Notes under the pieces: generated by a model
Told to the model about the DNA's origin: nothing
What the model saw: only the letters and a program-made list of their open reading frames with translations
The model's database searches: none
Position numbers and translations under genes: made by a program
Shown here: piece after piece, positions 7,172 through 17,764 of the stretch
Layout of the letters: each line of letters begins with the position of its first letter
Position numbering within the stretch: position 1 is the stretch's first letter
Assembly: GCA_963747935.1 (NCBI GenBank)
Contig: CAVVGY010000010.1
Coordinates: 131,951-195,950, forward strand
DNA from: an uncultured Thermoleophilia bacterium
GTDB taxonomy: Bacteria > Actinomycetota > Thermoleophilia > UBA2241
Length of the DNA stretch: 64,000 nt
Direction: 5' to 3'

Positions 7172-9560
7172 ATGGGGTTCACGTTCGGGCCGCGACGCGG
7201 CGTCTACATCGACATCTCGGAGGTCATGCCGCCCGAGGGGCCGCTGACGCCGGCCGAGCTCGCCCACTTCGAGGCCTTCGACCTGCTCTACCGCTCGCTC
7301 TGCGCCCTCCTCTTCAACTACGTGCCCACGTCGGGCCACCCCGGCGGCTCGATCTCGTCGGGGCGCGCGGTCGCGGCGGCGCTCTTCGACTCCATGGACT
7401 ACGAGCTCGGCGACCCGGACCGGCCGGACGCCGACCTGATCAGCTACGCGGCCGGCCACAAGGCCATGGGCCTGTACGCGATGTGGGCGCTGCGCGACGA
7501 GGTGGCGGCGGTGGCCGACCCGGCGCTGCTGCCCGGCAAGCAGGAGCAGCGCCTGCGCCTGGAGGACCTCCTCGGGTTCAGGCGCAACCCCATCACGGCG
7601 ACGCCGCTGTTCCGCGAGTTCGGCGCCCGAGCGCTCGACGGGCACCCGACGCCCGCGACCCCGTTCGTCAAGCTCGCGACCGGCGCCTCCGGCGTCGGCG
7701 TGGCCAGCTCGATCGGCCTCGGCATCGGCGCGGCCGACAGGTACGGAGCGGACGCGCCGCGAGTGCACATCATGGAGGGCGAGGGCGGCCTGACCCCCGG
7801 CCGCGTGAGCGAAGCTCTCGCCGCGGCCGGCACCGCCTCCCTCGCCAACGTGATCGTCCACCTCGACTGGAACCAGGCGAGCATCGATTCCGACCGCGTG
7901 TGTCGCGAGGGCGCCATCCCGGGCGACTACGTGCAGTGGGACCCGCTCGAGCTCTTCTACCTGCACGACTGGAACGTGGTGGACGTCCCCGACGGGCACG
8001 ACTTCCAGCAGGTCGTCGCGGCGCAGCGGCACGCGCTCGCGCTGCACACCGGCCAGCCGACGGCCATCGTCTACCACACGCAGAAGGGCTGGCGGTACGG
8101 CGTGGAGGGCAAGGCCAGCCACGGCGCCGGGCACAAGCTGTGCTCCGAGGGCTTCTACGAGGCGATCTCGGAGCTGACGCGCACCACCGGAGCCGAGGTG
8201 GAGTGGCCGACCTGCGACCCGGCGGACCGGGCCTGCGGCGGCCCGGACGGCGCGACCGTCAGGGAGCGCTGCTTCTGGACGGCGCTGCAGGCGGTCCGCG
8301 CGCAGGTGCACCAGGACCGGCCTACGGCGGCCGCGCTGGCGGAGCGGCTCGCGGCCGCACGCGACCGCCTCGAGGCGCGCGACAGGGCCCCCAGGCCCGG
8401 CGCTCCGCGCGTCGACGACGCCTACGAGCTCGCCGAGGCGACGGCGGCCGTCGCGCCGGCGCCGGAGGCCACTCCGGAGGAGCTGAGGCTCGAGCCGGGC
8501 ACCTTCACCACGCTCCGCGGTGAGCTCGGCCACACCCTGCACCACCTGCAGACGGTCAGCGGCGGCGCGTTCCTGGTGGCCGCCGCCGACCTCGCGGGCT
8601 CCACCAGCGTGAACACCGTCGCCGGCGGGTTCCCCGGCGGCTTCTGGAACGCGCACGCCAACATCGACGCGCGCCTGCTCTCGGTCGGAGGCATCTGCGA
8701 GGACGCCATCGCCGGGGTGCTCAGTGGCATCGCCGCCTACGGCCACGACCTCGGGGTCGGCTCGTCCTACGGCGCGTTCATGGCGCCGCTGGGGCACATC
8801 GCCGCGCGCCTGCACGCCATCGGCTCCCAGGCGCGGGCCTCGGTCACCGGCGAACCCTACAAGCCCCTGTTCCTCGTCTGCGCCCACGCCGGGCTCAAGA
8901 CCGGCGAGGACGGGCCGACACACGCCGACCCGCAGCCGCTACAGCTGCTCCAGGAGGACTTCCCCAGGGGCACGGCCGTCTCGCTGGTGCCCTGGGAGCC
9001 GCAGGAGGTCTGGACGCTGACCGCCGCCGCGCTGGCGCAGCGCCCCGCGGTGATCTCCGCGTTCGTCACCCGGCCGAACGAGCAGGTGCTGGACCGGGCC
9101 GGCCCTGGGTCTGGCGCCGGCCGAGGCCGCCGTCTCGGGCGTGTACCGGCTCCGCGACTGCGAGATCCCCGACGTGACCGTCGTCCTGCAGGAGAGCGCC
9201 GTGACCTACGCGTTCGTGCAGGACGCGCTGCCGATCCTGGAGGCAAAGGGTGTGGACGCGCTGGTCTACTACGTCGCCAGCGCCGAGCTCTTCGACCTGC
9301 TGCCCGAGGACGAACGGCGCGCGATCCTGCCGGAGGCGCGCGCCTCCGAAGCCATCGGTGTCACCGGCTTCACCCTGCCGACGCTCTACCGCTGGGTGAC
9401 CAGCGACGCCGGCCGGGCCGCGAGCCTGTTCCCGTTCAAGAAGGGACACTACCTGGGCAGCGGGCCGGGCGAGGTGGTGCTCGCCGAGGCCGGCCTCGAC
9501 GGCGCAAGCCAGGCGGCGGCGATCCTGCGCTACTGCGACGCCCGCGCCGCCGCCCGCTGA
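7172..9560 (+). CDS. Transketolase-like ThDP enzyme with insertions and an apparent +1 frameshift near 9100
   Basis: N-terminal GHPGGSIS ThDP motif. The transketolase C-terminal domain (VYRLRDC…VLQESA…) continues in another frame from about 9105. The 1020-aa ORF-track ORF is a composite with the downstream gene. Confidence 0.6.
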
Positions 9561-9613
9561 GACCGCCGCCGCCCACTGAGACCGCCGCCCGCCGACACAG
9601 CACTGGAGGAGCG

Positions 9614-10234
9614 ATGACCGAACCGAGAGAGATCGCCCCGGCCGCCGAAGAGGTCGTGCCCGGACTGTGGCACTGGCGCATCCACAACAGCAACATCGGC
9701 GGGCACACGTCGAGCTCCCAGGCGTTGCTCACCCGGGATGGACTGGTGCTCGTCGACCCGGTGCGCCTGGACCCCGCGGCGCTCGGCGCTCTGCCGCGGC
9801 CGATGGCGGTCCTGCTGACCGCCCGTTGCCACCAGCGCGCGGCCTGGCGCTACCGCGCCGAGTTCGGCGTCGAGGTCTGGCTCCCCGAGGACGCCGAGGC
9901 GGCAGACCAGGTCCCCGACCGCACCTACGCCGACGGAGACAGGCTGCCGGGCGGGCTGCTGGCCTTCCGCACGCCCGGCCCCGAGTGGCCGCACTACTCG
10001 TTCCTCTCCCAGGACGGCGCCGGCATCGTGTTCTGCTCCGACCTGCTGAACGGCGACGACGAGGGCAGGCTGCACTTCATCAACCCCGCGTTCCACGAAG
10101 ACCCGGCGGCGACGCGCACGAGCGTGGAGAAGCTCCTCGACCTCGAGTTCGGCGTGCTCTGCCTGGACCACGGAGCGCCGGTGACCGACGACCCCAGGGC
10201 CGCCATCCGCGCCCTGCTGGACGAGACCGCCTGA
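9614..10234 (+). CDS. MBL-fold metallo-hydrolase
   Basis: ATG at 9614 preceded by GGAGGA. The 206-aa product has metallo-beta-lactamase-like His/Asp spacing (…HWRIHN…HQRAAW…CLDHGAP). Confidence 0.65.
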   Translation: MTEPREIAPAAEEVVPGLWHWRIHNSNIGGHTSSSQALLTRDGLVLVDPVRLDPAALGALPRPMAVLLTARCHQRAAWRYRAEFGVEVWLPEDAEAADQVPDRTYADGDRLPGGLLAFRTPGPEWPHYSFLSQDGAGIVFCSDLLNGDDEGRLHFINPAFHEDPAATRTSVEKLLDLEFGVLCLDHGAPVTDDPRAAIRALLDETA

Positions 10235-10241
10235 GCGCTCC

Positions 10242-11492
10242 TCAGCGGACCCTGAGCACGCCTTTGCCCGGCCCGGTGTCGGCGTTGCCGGCGGTGTCCC
10301 GCGCCTGCACCGACCAGCGGTAGGTGCCTCGGGGCAGCCAGCAGGTGAAGACGTGCGCCTGCGGCTCGTTGACCGGCACGGCACGGCGCACCCACGTCTT
10401 GAGCGTGTAGCCTGAGGCCGTCTTGACCTGGATGGTGACCGTGCTGGTGGGCCCGCACGGCTCGAGGTCGTCCACCTGGTAGCGCAGCGCGACCTTCCTC
10501 CCGCGCCGCGCGATGGAGTCGCGGAGCGCGCGCGCCGCGGGCCGCACGGTGTCGCGGAAGATCGCGTCGGCCGCGGCGACCGGCGCCCCGCCGTCGACCC
10601 GGTACTCGGTCTCCACCACGTGCTCGCCCTGGTAGTCCTCCAGCCACACGCTGGACTGGGCGCTCCACGGACGCCAGTCGCTCCACTCTCCGGCGGCGTC
10701 GCGCAGGCGTACCTCGACGCGAGTCGAGTACCAGGGCAACTCGCCGAGTACGGGCGCCGTCACCGCGGCCATCACGGCGTTTCCGGCGTTGGTCAGGTGC
10801 AGCTGGTCGGTGAGGTAGAACTGCCCGTCGAGCTCGTCGCCGACGTCGCCGATGCGGGGGTCGCCGGCGATGTCCGCCAGGCCGTCGGCGAACTGGGACC
10901 ACCCGGTGCGCAGCATGGTGTTGAAGGCGAGGCGCGTGGCCTCGAACGTCTCGGGACGATTGGACGGCAGCACGCTGAGCACCACGACGCGGAACCCCGC
11001 CGCCTGCCGCTGCTCGCAGTAGTCCCTGAGCGAGCGGTAGATGGAGGCGGCGGAGGCGCCCATGCGGAAGTCGCCGCCGCCGGCCAGGACCACGCAGACG
11101 TTGAGGTCGGCGTTGGGGTTGTAGTGGACGTCCACCTCGTACGGCGCGTCAGCCAACATGTCGGCGATCTTGGCGCTCGCCGTGGAGGAGACGAAGCTCT
11201 GGCAGGCCCTGGGCACCACGGCGAGGGTCTGGACGGGGTACTCCCAGCCCGGATCGGCGCCATGGCCGGCGACGATGCTGCCGCCGTCCCACACGACCAC
11301 GCCGGGGCGGAAGAACGGCGTCCAGCCGGAGTCACCGGCGCTGACGCGCGTGCCGCGCATGTACTCGGCCCCGCCGTTCACCAGGAACCGGGGGTTGAGC
11401 GCTCGCGCCGCCGCCGGCCAGACCGCGAGCGCGAAGAGCCCCACGGCGAGCACGGCGAGTGCGCCGAGCCGAAGCGAGAGACGACCGGTCAT
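10242..11492 (-). CDS. Secreted SGNH/GDSL-family hydrolase with a C-terminal Ig-like domain
   Basis: Signal peptide (MTGRLSLRLGALAVLAVGLFALA) and GDSL-type features (VVLAGGGDF, DQLHLTNAGN). Confidence 0.6.
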   Translation of the reverse strand: MTGRLSLRLGALAVLAVGLFALAVWPAAARALNPRFLVNGGAEYMRGTRVSAGDSGWTPFFRPGVVVWDGGSIVAGHGADPGWEYPVQTLAVVPRACQSFVSSTASAKIADMLADAPYEVDVHYNPNADLNVCVVLAGGGDFRMGASAASIYRSLRDYCEQRQAAGFRVVVLSVLPSNRPETFEATRLAFNTMLRTGWSQFADGLADIAGDPRIGDVGDELDGQFYLTDQLHLTNAGNAVMAAVTAPVLGELPWYSTRVEVRLRDAAGEWSDWRPWSAQSSVWLEDYQGEHVVETEYRVDGGAPVAAADAIFRDTVRPAARALRDSIARRGRKVALRYQVDDLEPCGPTSTVTIQVKTASGYTLKTWVRRAVPVNEPQAHVFTCWLPRGTYRWSVQARDTAGNADTGPGKGVLRVR

Positions 11493-11588
11493 GCACACCA
11501 CCCCCCTGGTCCCACGGGCGCCCGTCGGCGCCTTGCCCCGTCAAGTCTACACAGCAACGCGGGCGGGGCGGACCCGCCGAGCCGATGA

Positions 11589-11631
11589 GGGGCGGGGCGG
11601 CGGAGCACCTTCGGCCCCGCCGCCCCGCCCG
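11589..11631 (-). terminator. GC-rich hairpin downstream of the NlpC/P60 gene
   Basis: GGGGCGGGGCGGCGG - 11-nt loop - CCGCCGCCCCGCCC, located between the NlpC/P60 gene end (11635) and the GDSL gene start. Confidence 0.35.
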
Positions 11632-11634
11632 CCG

Positions 11635-12248
11635 TCACCCGCCGATCAGGCGGCGCGCCGTGACGGCGCCGCTCAGGCCGTCGTAACTCACGACCTTGCC
11701 GGAGCTCGGCGCCTCGATGATGCGCCCGCGCCCGGCGTACATGGCCACGTGGTAGTAGTAGCCGGAGCCGCCCCAGAACACGAGGTCACCGACCTTGAGG
11801 TGACGCAGCGAGACGCGGGCGCCGCTGCGGGCCTGGTCGGTGGCGCCGTGCGGCAGACCGCGGCCGATGTGGCGGTAGACGTACATCGTGAACCCGGAAC
11901 AGTCGAAGCCGCCGCGCGAGGCGCCGCCCCACACGTAGGGGACGCCGAGCTGCTTGCGGGCGACCCGCAACACCTCGTCGCGGAGCCGCTGCCAGCGGGC
12001 GCGCTGCCGGGCGAGACGCCGCGCACGGATGCGCGCCCGCCTCTGCGCCTTGGTCAGCCTGGGTGCGGCGGGCGTTGCCGTCGGCGGGGCGAGGGCGAGG
12101 GGTTCGGTGAGAGCGTGCCCACCGGGGACGGCGACTGAGCCGGCGACGGCGTCGCCGAAGGCTCGGCGAGGAGCGCGCCGGGGACGAGCAGGAGGGTCAG
12201 GAGGGCTGCAAGGGAGATGAGACCTCCGACCAGGCGAGTGGGGTGCAT
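11635..12248 (-). CDS. Secreted NlpC/P60 (C40) cell-wall peptidase with a signal peptide and Arg-rich coiled-coil; apparent frameshift between the signal peptide and the linker (about 12060-12160)
   Basis: C40 domain VPYVWGGASRGGFDCSGF…H. The upstream in-frame stretch RRARIRARRLARQRARWQRLRDEV is coiled-coil-like. The signal peptide MHPTRLVGGLISLAALLTLLLVPGALLA starts at 12248 but lies in another frame. Confidence 0.65.
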
Positions 12249-12426
12249 ACGTGTGCCTCCTTGATGGCCGGGGACAACAGACCCGGTCTCTCGGTGGGCG
12301 CCGTTATGACGCCGCGGCCGCTGGTCGGCCGTGTCCGCCCATCGGGGGCGGAAGAGGCAGGGTAGGGGCGCCGGAAGGCCGCGGTCAACCCGAAGAAGGT
12401 CGTGTTACCTGGGTGCTTGTACGGGA

Positions 12427-12524
12427 GATCGGAGCCCCATGCGGCGCCGCAACAGGCCCAGATCGGGCTCCCGATGGGGCTCCGGATGAGGCTCCGGATT
12501 GGGCTCCGACCCCCGAGACGACAG
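12427..12524. repeat. Repeat family B copy 1 (terminal core GGGCTCCGACCCCCGAGACGAC)
   Basis: Shares the GGCTCCGGAT units and the GGGCTCCGACCCCCG end with copies at about 14769 and 45240. Confidence 0.55.
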
Positions 12525-12816
12525 ACCTCCGGCCGTCCGGCCCGGCGCCCCTCGAGCGGCCCCGCAGACCCATCCTGATGCTTGCGTGTACAAGCAGTGG
12601 AGGCGCTCGCGGGTTGCGCCATCCGGTGACTTCGGGTTCACTGGAACACGAATCTACGACACGCGGCGCCCGCGGCGCCCTGCCCCCTCTGCAGATTCGT
12701 CTCCCTTTTCCCTGATGACGGTGACGCCGTGCGGTGGCATGCCGCGGCCCGCAGACAGCCTGCGCGGCACAGGCGATCGCCACTGCCGCGCAGGACATCA
12801 CGTGGGAAGGACACTG

Positions 12817-13575
12817 TGCGTCTCAGGACCCTCACCATCGGTATCACCCTCATCGTCCTCGCCTCCGGCCTGCTCGCTGCGCCGGCGTTCGCGAAGGACC
12901 CCTCCGTCTCGACCCTCCGGCAGCGCCTGCAGCACGCTCGCGCCATGAGCCGGCGCGCTCACGATCGCCTGCTCACGGCGACCGCCGACCTGGCCGGCGC
13001 GCGCGAACTCCACGCGGCCACCAGCGCCTTGGGGACCACCCCCGATCCGGGCGCGACCCCCGACCCTGCTGCGACCACTGCCGCCGCTACCCCGGCGATC
13101 CCTCGCGACCATGGATCAGACCCTCGCCGCGACCCTGCTGGCGGACGGCGTCGTCACGGCCGACGAGGTCGCGGCGCTCCAGGTGCGCCTCAACGCCGCG
13201 AAGCGCGTGGCGCACCGCTGGGACGTCAAGGTCGAGCAGTTGAAGAAGCAACTCCGCCAGCTGAAGCAGATCGCCGAGTGGAACCGGCGCGGCCAGTGGA
13301 AGCCGCTCATCGCCATCGCGAGCCAGCGGTACCACGTCAGCGCGGCCGGGCTCACGCACATGATGACGCTCGAGTCGAACGGCCAGCGGCACGTCGACAG
13401 CGGCCCGTACCACGGCCTGTTCCAGTTCATGTACCGCGAGTGGGCGATGAGCTGGAACGAGTGGCGCGACCACAGCATCTACGACGGCTGGTCCCAGATC
13501 CAGCTCGCCGCCAAGTGCATCAGCCGCGGCATGGGGCCGAGCATCTGGCCGCTCACGTACCGCATGTCGTTCTGA
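12817..13575 (+). CDS. Secreted coiled-coil protein with a C-terminal lytic-transglycosylase-like (SLT-type) domain; apparent frameshift near 13090
   Basis: GTG start after GGAAGGA; signal peptide LTIGITLIVLASGLLAAPAFA. SLT-like motif E-S-x9-S-x3-G-x2-H-G-L-F-Q (LESNGQRHVDSGPYHGLFQF) is in the 13111 frame. Confidence 0.5.
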
Positions 13576-13790
13576 CGTCGTACTGCACCTCGTTCTGACG
13601 CAGACCGTCTCCCTCCGGAGCACGGCTCTCTCCCTCGCGCGCCGGCGGTGTGCCCCTGTGGGGGGACGCCGCCGGCGCGCAGGTTCCTCCCGCAGTTGAC
13701 CCCAGGTTCAACCCCGCGGGTGACGACCGCGGCGCGCCGTCGGCCTAGGCTGTCATCAGGTCAACGCACCCCTCGGGGAAAGGAACCAAG

Positions 13791-14816
13791 ATGACACTCG
13801 CAGCTACCACCACCACCGACTACCAGAGACCGCGCCTCGACGTCGGCCTCGCCTTCAAGAAGGGCTGGCACGCCTTCACCTCCGACATCGTGCCGTTCCT
13901 GGTCGGCGCCCTGATCGCCGGCATCCTCTCGGTGATCACGCTCGGCATCCTGGCCGGGCCGCTCACCGCCGGGCTCTACAACATGGCGGTCCGCCGCCTG
14001 CGCGACGGCCGCCGCGCCGAGATCGGCGACGTGTTCTCCTGCTTCGACAGGTTCTGGAGCTACCTCTGGGCCGCGATCGTCCTGGTGGTCCTGATCGGAC
14101 TCGCCTCCCTGACCATCGTCGGCGGCGTGCTGCTGGCGACGATCTGGATCTACGTGTTCCCGTTCATGGTCGACCGCAGGATGGGCCTCGGCGAGGCCAT
14201 GTCCGCCAGCTACCACCGCGTCGTGGACAACGGCTTCTGGGAGCACCTGGCGCTGATCGTGGTCTTCTTCGCCGTCAGTGCGGTCGCCAACGGCTGGGTC
14301 GGGATCATCACCACCCCGTTCACCATCGCCGTGATCGTCGGCGCGTACTTCGCCACTCGCGACTACGAGCGCCAGTACGTCGCGGCGCCGGCGGGCCCCG
14401 CCACGCTGCCGCCGGCTCCTCTGGCCGCTCCCGAGCCCCCGGCGCCGATGCAGACCGCCATCGCCGAGGCGCCCGCCGCGCCGATCACTCCGGCCGCGCC
14501 GACCGCCGAGGTCGAGGAGACCGAGACCGCCGTCGAGACGACGCAGGCGACCGAGGTCGCTCCCGCGGCCGAGGCCGACGAGACGGCTGAGGCGACTGAG
14601 CCGGCCGAAGCAGCCGGAGAAGGCCGACGAGGCCGGCGAGCCGAAGGCCTGACGCCGGCACGGCCGGAGGTCACGGCCACAGAAGCCGGACGGGCCCGGC
14701 GGAGGCACTGCGCCTCCGCCGGGCCCGTCCGCGTATCAGGCCTCCGCGCTCATCCCGGGGAGTATGAGCGCCCCGGGGTGGGCGCCTCTTCCGGAGCCTC
14801 TTCCGGTGCCACATGA
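13791..14816 (+). CDS. Integral membrane protein with an acidic Ala/Pro/Glu-rich C-terminal tail (C-terminus uncertain; alternative stop near 14650)
   Basis: Several hydrophobic helices (LVGALIAGILSVITLGILAGPL…, LIVVFFAVSAV…). Confidence 0.45.
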   Translation: MTLAATTTTDYQRPRLDVGLAFKKGWHAFTSDIVPFLVGALIAGILSVITLGILAGPLTAGLYNMAVRRLRDGRRAEIGDVFSCFDRFWSYLWAAIVLVVLIGLASLTIVGGVLLATIWIYVFPFMVDRRMGLGEAMSASYHRVVDNGFWEHLALIVVFFAVSAVANGWVGIITTPFTIAVIVGAYFATRDYERQYVAAPAGPATLPPAPLAAPEPPAPMQTAIAEAPAAPITPAAPTAEVEETETAVETTQATEVAPAAEADETAEATEPAEAAGEGRRGRRAEGLTPARPEVTATEAGRARRRHCASAGPVRVSGLRAHPGEYERPGVGASSGASSGAT

Positions 14817-14860
14817 GGCTCCGGATCCGGCACCCGATTGGGCTCCGACCCCCGAACGAC
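14769..14860. repeat. Repeat family B copy 2
   Basis: CTCTTCCGGAGCCTCTTCCGGTGCCACATGAGGCTCCGGAT…GGGCTCCGACCCCCGAACGAC. Confidence 0.55.
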
Positions 14861-14930
14861 CCACATGCCCCCCATCCAGGCGGAACACCCAGTCCCGCCG
14901 TGCTCCCGCCGGGGGCGCGGAAGGCCGGAT

Positions 14931-15957
14931 CTAGTAGATACTGCCGCCGGCCTGCGAGGAGTACAGCACGCCACCGATGGCGGAGATGCTGTACGCCGTG
15001 CCGCCCTTGCCGGCCCACTTCGTGAGGTCGAACGTCGCGGCGCCCGAGACCCGGTACACCGAGATGCCCTCGTAGGTGAGCGGCAGGTTCTTGGCGCACA
15101 CCTGCGGCTTGCCGGTGGTACGCGTGAAGTACGCCGCGCCGTCGCCGTACAGCCGGGCCTGGCCGTTCTCGTCCACGGTCACCGTGTTGTCCTCGTCCAC
15201 GGCGATGCCCCTGGCCTGCGTCGCCCACCCGTCGTTGACGATGCGCGCGAGGAAGGTGATGTGACGGCCCATGCGGTCACGCGCCACGAAGTGGCTGTCG
15301 GTGATCACGTTGCCCAGGTACGGGAGCCGCAGGAAGTCGTTGACCAGGGTGACGTGCGAGTGGTACGGGTTCTCGAGCGCCTGGCGGGAGAGGATCGTGC
15401 CCTTCTGCGCCACGTAGGCGAACTGGCCCTGGACGGCGAGGCCGGCGCTGATGCCGCCCACCGGTTTGACCCTGGCGGCCGCGTTGATGATGTCCTCGGC
15501 CGGCGTGTCGACCATGTAGGAGTAGTACAGCCACTGGTTGCCGCCATCGACGTAGATGGCCTCAGCCTTGCTCAGCTTGTCGAGCAGGACCGGGTCGTAG
15601 CTCGCCTTGCGCGTGCCGAGGACGAAGGTCTCGACCGAGTCGACGCCGCCGAGCGTGTACAGGTACGGACGCGTAGTCGTCGACGCCGGAGGCGGCGATG
15701 ACCACGACGTCCCCGCCGCCCGCGCGGCCGAGCCACCACTGCACTGCGGCGTCCTGGTCGGTCGCCCCGCCGGCGAGGATCAGGCCCGGCTGGGTGGTCG
15801 CGACCGCGTCGGCCGGGTCTCCGGTGAGGTAGTAGGTGTAGCCGACGTCCGCGGCCTTCGCCTGCGGAGCCGCGATGCCGAGCGCCAGCAGCGCCAGGCA
15901 CGCGATGAGGGTGATGCCGAGCAGGAGCAGCCTGCCGTCACGTCTGGTGCAGTCCAT
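14931..15957 (-). CDS. Secreted peptidase S51 (cyanophycinase-like) family protein; apparent frameshift near 15655
   Basis: ATG at 15957 with signal peptide LLLLGITLIACLALLALGIAAPQAKA. G-x-S-A-G nucleophile motif (GGISAGLAV) and VDGGNQ. The N- and C-terminal halves are in different frames. Confidence 0.5.
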
Positions 15958-16127
15958 ACGTCTCTCTCCTTGCCTGATGCGGCGCGGACGCCGCGTGCCA
16001 CGTGCGCGCCGCGTTGCCCGCCCGGCGCGATCCAGATGCGCGCCGCGGTGCCAGCCACGACGCGATGTGGCGAGCATCATACCCGCGCGTCCGTAGCCCT
16101 TGCTGGCAACGCACGGGGCCTGACGGG

Positions 16128-16664
16128 TCAGCCGGCTGGTCGGTCAGACCACTCCGGGAGGCGGGCGAGGAAGTTGATGCTCGCGCCCGCGATCCAGACG
16201 CGCTCGCCCTCGAGGCGCTTCACACGCAGGAACCGCGCGCCGAGCAGGTACACCGGGATGGCGAGGGCCATGACCGCCACGCCGAGCCAGAAGAACTCGG
16301 CGCGGACGAGCAGGGCCGCGGCGAGCCAGCACACCATGCCCGCCGCCAGCAGCGCGGCCGTGAGCAGCGAGGAGCGGCGGGCCGCCCGCAGCGCCGCCCG
16401 CGTCACCGGCAGCGTGACGACCACGCGCGTACCCACGGCGCGCGCGACGACCAGATAGACGAGGGGGTTGAGCACCAGCAGCCAGTACACGGCCGGCTGG
16501 TGCCACAGCAGTGACACGTCCACGGTGGTGCCGCCGGCCGGCAGATCCGTCTTGACGCACCGATCCGGCAGCACGGCGTCCGGCGCCATGACGAGCAGAT
16601 CGCCGTCGCGCCAGGCCTCGAGGGCGGCGTCGTCGTCAGGTCCCGATCCGTTGCCTCCCGCCAT
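16128..16664 (-). CDS. Hypothetical membrane protein
   Basis: 178-aa ORF with three predicted transmembrane helices. Confidence 0.4.
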   Translation of the reverse strand: MAGGNGSGPDDDAALEAWRDGDLLVMAPDAVLPDRCVKTDLPAGGTTVDVSLLWHQPAVYWLLVLNPLVYLVVARAVGTRVVVTLPVTRAALRAARRSSLLTAALLAAGMVCWLAAALLVRAEFFWLGVAVMALAIPVYLLGARFLRVKRLEGERVWIAGASINFLARLPEWSDRPAG

Positions 16665-16682
16665 GGCCGCCGTGCTCCGGCC

Positions 16683-17147
16683 TCAGACCGGGTAGACGAC
16701 CTCGAAGCGCTCGCAGACCACCGGCATGTCCGCCTGCGGAGAGCGCTCCGTGCCCTCGAGCTCGCGGGAGAAGGCGGCCCAGTGGGCCTCGCGCCAGAAC
16801 GCGAGCGAGCCGTCACCCTCGCCCTCTGTGGCGGCGAAGTCCTCCGTCACCTCGTCGAAGGGGACGACCTCGACACCGGTGGTGCGGATCACGCAGACCG
16901 CGGCGCCGCCCCAGTCGGTGATGATGCTGAAGTCGCCGGGCTGAGGGAGCGGCTCGTCCTCGGCCTCGTAGGACCAGAGGGCGCCGGCCGTAGCTCGCTT
17001 GCGCCCGGCGAGGACGAGCTGGGCGAGCTCGTCGGCGTCGGCCTGGTTGTCGCAGAAGTGCCAGGCCGCAGCGGGCGGCGTGTCAGGCCCGGCCAGGTCC
17101 GGCCGGGCCTCCAGGAACGCCGCCCACAGCTCCTCGACCGAGGCCAT
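16683..17147 (-). CDS. ASCH-domain (YhfF-like) protein
   Basis: Internal ATG ([12 protein letters not shown]…AWHFCDNQADADELAQLVLAGRKRATAG). Its start overlaps the upstream stop as TGATG. Confidence 0.55.
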   Translation of the reverse strand: MASVEELWAAFLEARPDLAGPDTPPAAAWHFCDNQADADELAQLVLAGRKRATAGALWSYEAEDEPLPQPGDFSIITDWGGAAVCVIRTTGVEVVPFDEVTEDFAATEGEGDGSLAFWREAHWAAFSRELEGTERSPQADMPVVCERFEVVYPV

Positions 17148-17740
17148 CACGACCTCCTGCGGGCGAGGAGCTGTCCCGTCAGGAACGGCACCACGACCGC
17201 ATCGACGCGCTCGTCGTCGCGAGCGCGGTCGAGCATCGGCATCACCTCGTCTTTGAAGTCGGTGACGTTGTCGGCGACCAGCAGCCCGCCGGGCACCAGC
17301 TTGGGCACGACGAGCTCGTACAGCTCGAGGTAGTCCTCCTTCTCCGAGTCGAGGAACGCAAAGGAGACGCCGTCGACGTCCTGGAGCCCCGCGCGTACGT
17401 CGGCGTGCACGAGCTCCACCACGTCCTCGACCTCGGCCACCGCGAACGTCTCGCGCGCGATCTCCACCTTCCACTCGAGGATCTCGAAGGTGGTCACGCG
17501 CGCGCCGGCCTCGCGCGCGGCGAGCGCCAGCCACAGCGTCGAGTAGCCGGCGCTGGTGCCGATCTCGACCCAGCGCCCCTCCGGCGCGCCCGCGGCGAGG
17601 ATCGCGAGGAACTGCCCCACCTCGAGCGGCACCTCACGCAGGCGCTGCATGCGCGGCGTGCCGTCCGCGCGGTCGCGCACGCCGCGCTCCTTGAGCGCGG
17701 CCATCCGTACCTGCACGGGTTCAGGGATGTCGTGGAACAT
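17147..17740 (-). CDS. Class I SAM-dependent O-methyltransferase (family 3, caffeoyl-CoA OMT-like)
   Basis: Motifs [15 protein letters not shown]…[22 protein letters not shown]…GGLLVADNV. Confidence 0.8.
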   Translation of the reverse strand: MFHDIPEPVQVRMAALKERGVRDRADGTPRMQRLREVPLEVGQFLAILAAGAPEGRWVEIGTSAGYSTLWLALAAREAGARVTTFEILEWKVEIARETFAVAEVEDVVELVHADVRAGLQDVDGVSFAFLDSEKEDYLELYELVVPKLVPGGLLVADNVTDFKDEVMPMLDRARDDERVDAVVVPFLTGQLLARRRS

Positions 17741-17764
17741 CAGCTCACCTCCGGAACGGCCGGG

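Noticed and set aside
9560-9613. Direct repeat CTGAGACCGCCGCC (twice) between the transketolase-like gene and the MBL gene
   Set aside because: It is very short, with no palindrome or promoter-like context. It is most likely chance or a trivial duplication.
7172-10234. Single 1020-aa ORF
   Set aside because: It is a composite of the transketolase-like gene, an out-of-frame stretch across the frameshift, and the separate MBL-hydrolase gene (9614..10234), which has its own RBS and ATG.
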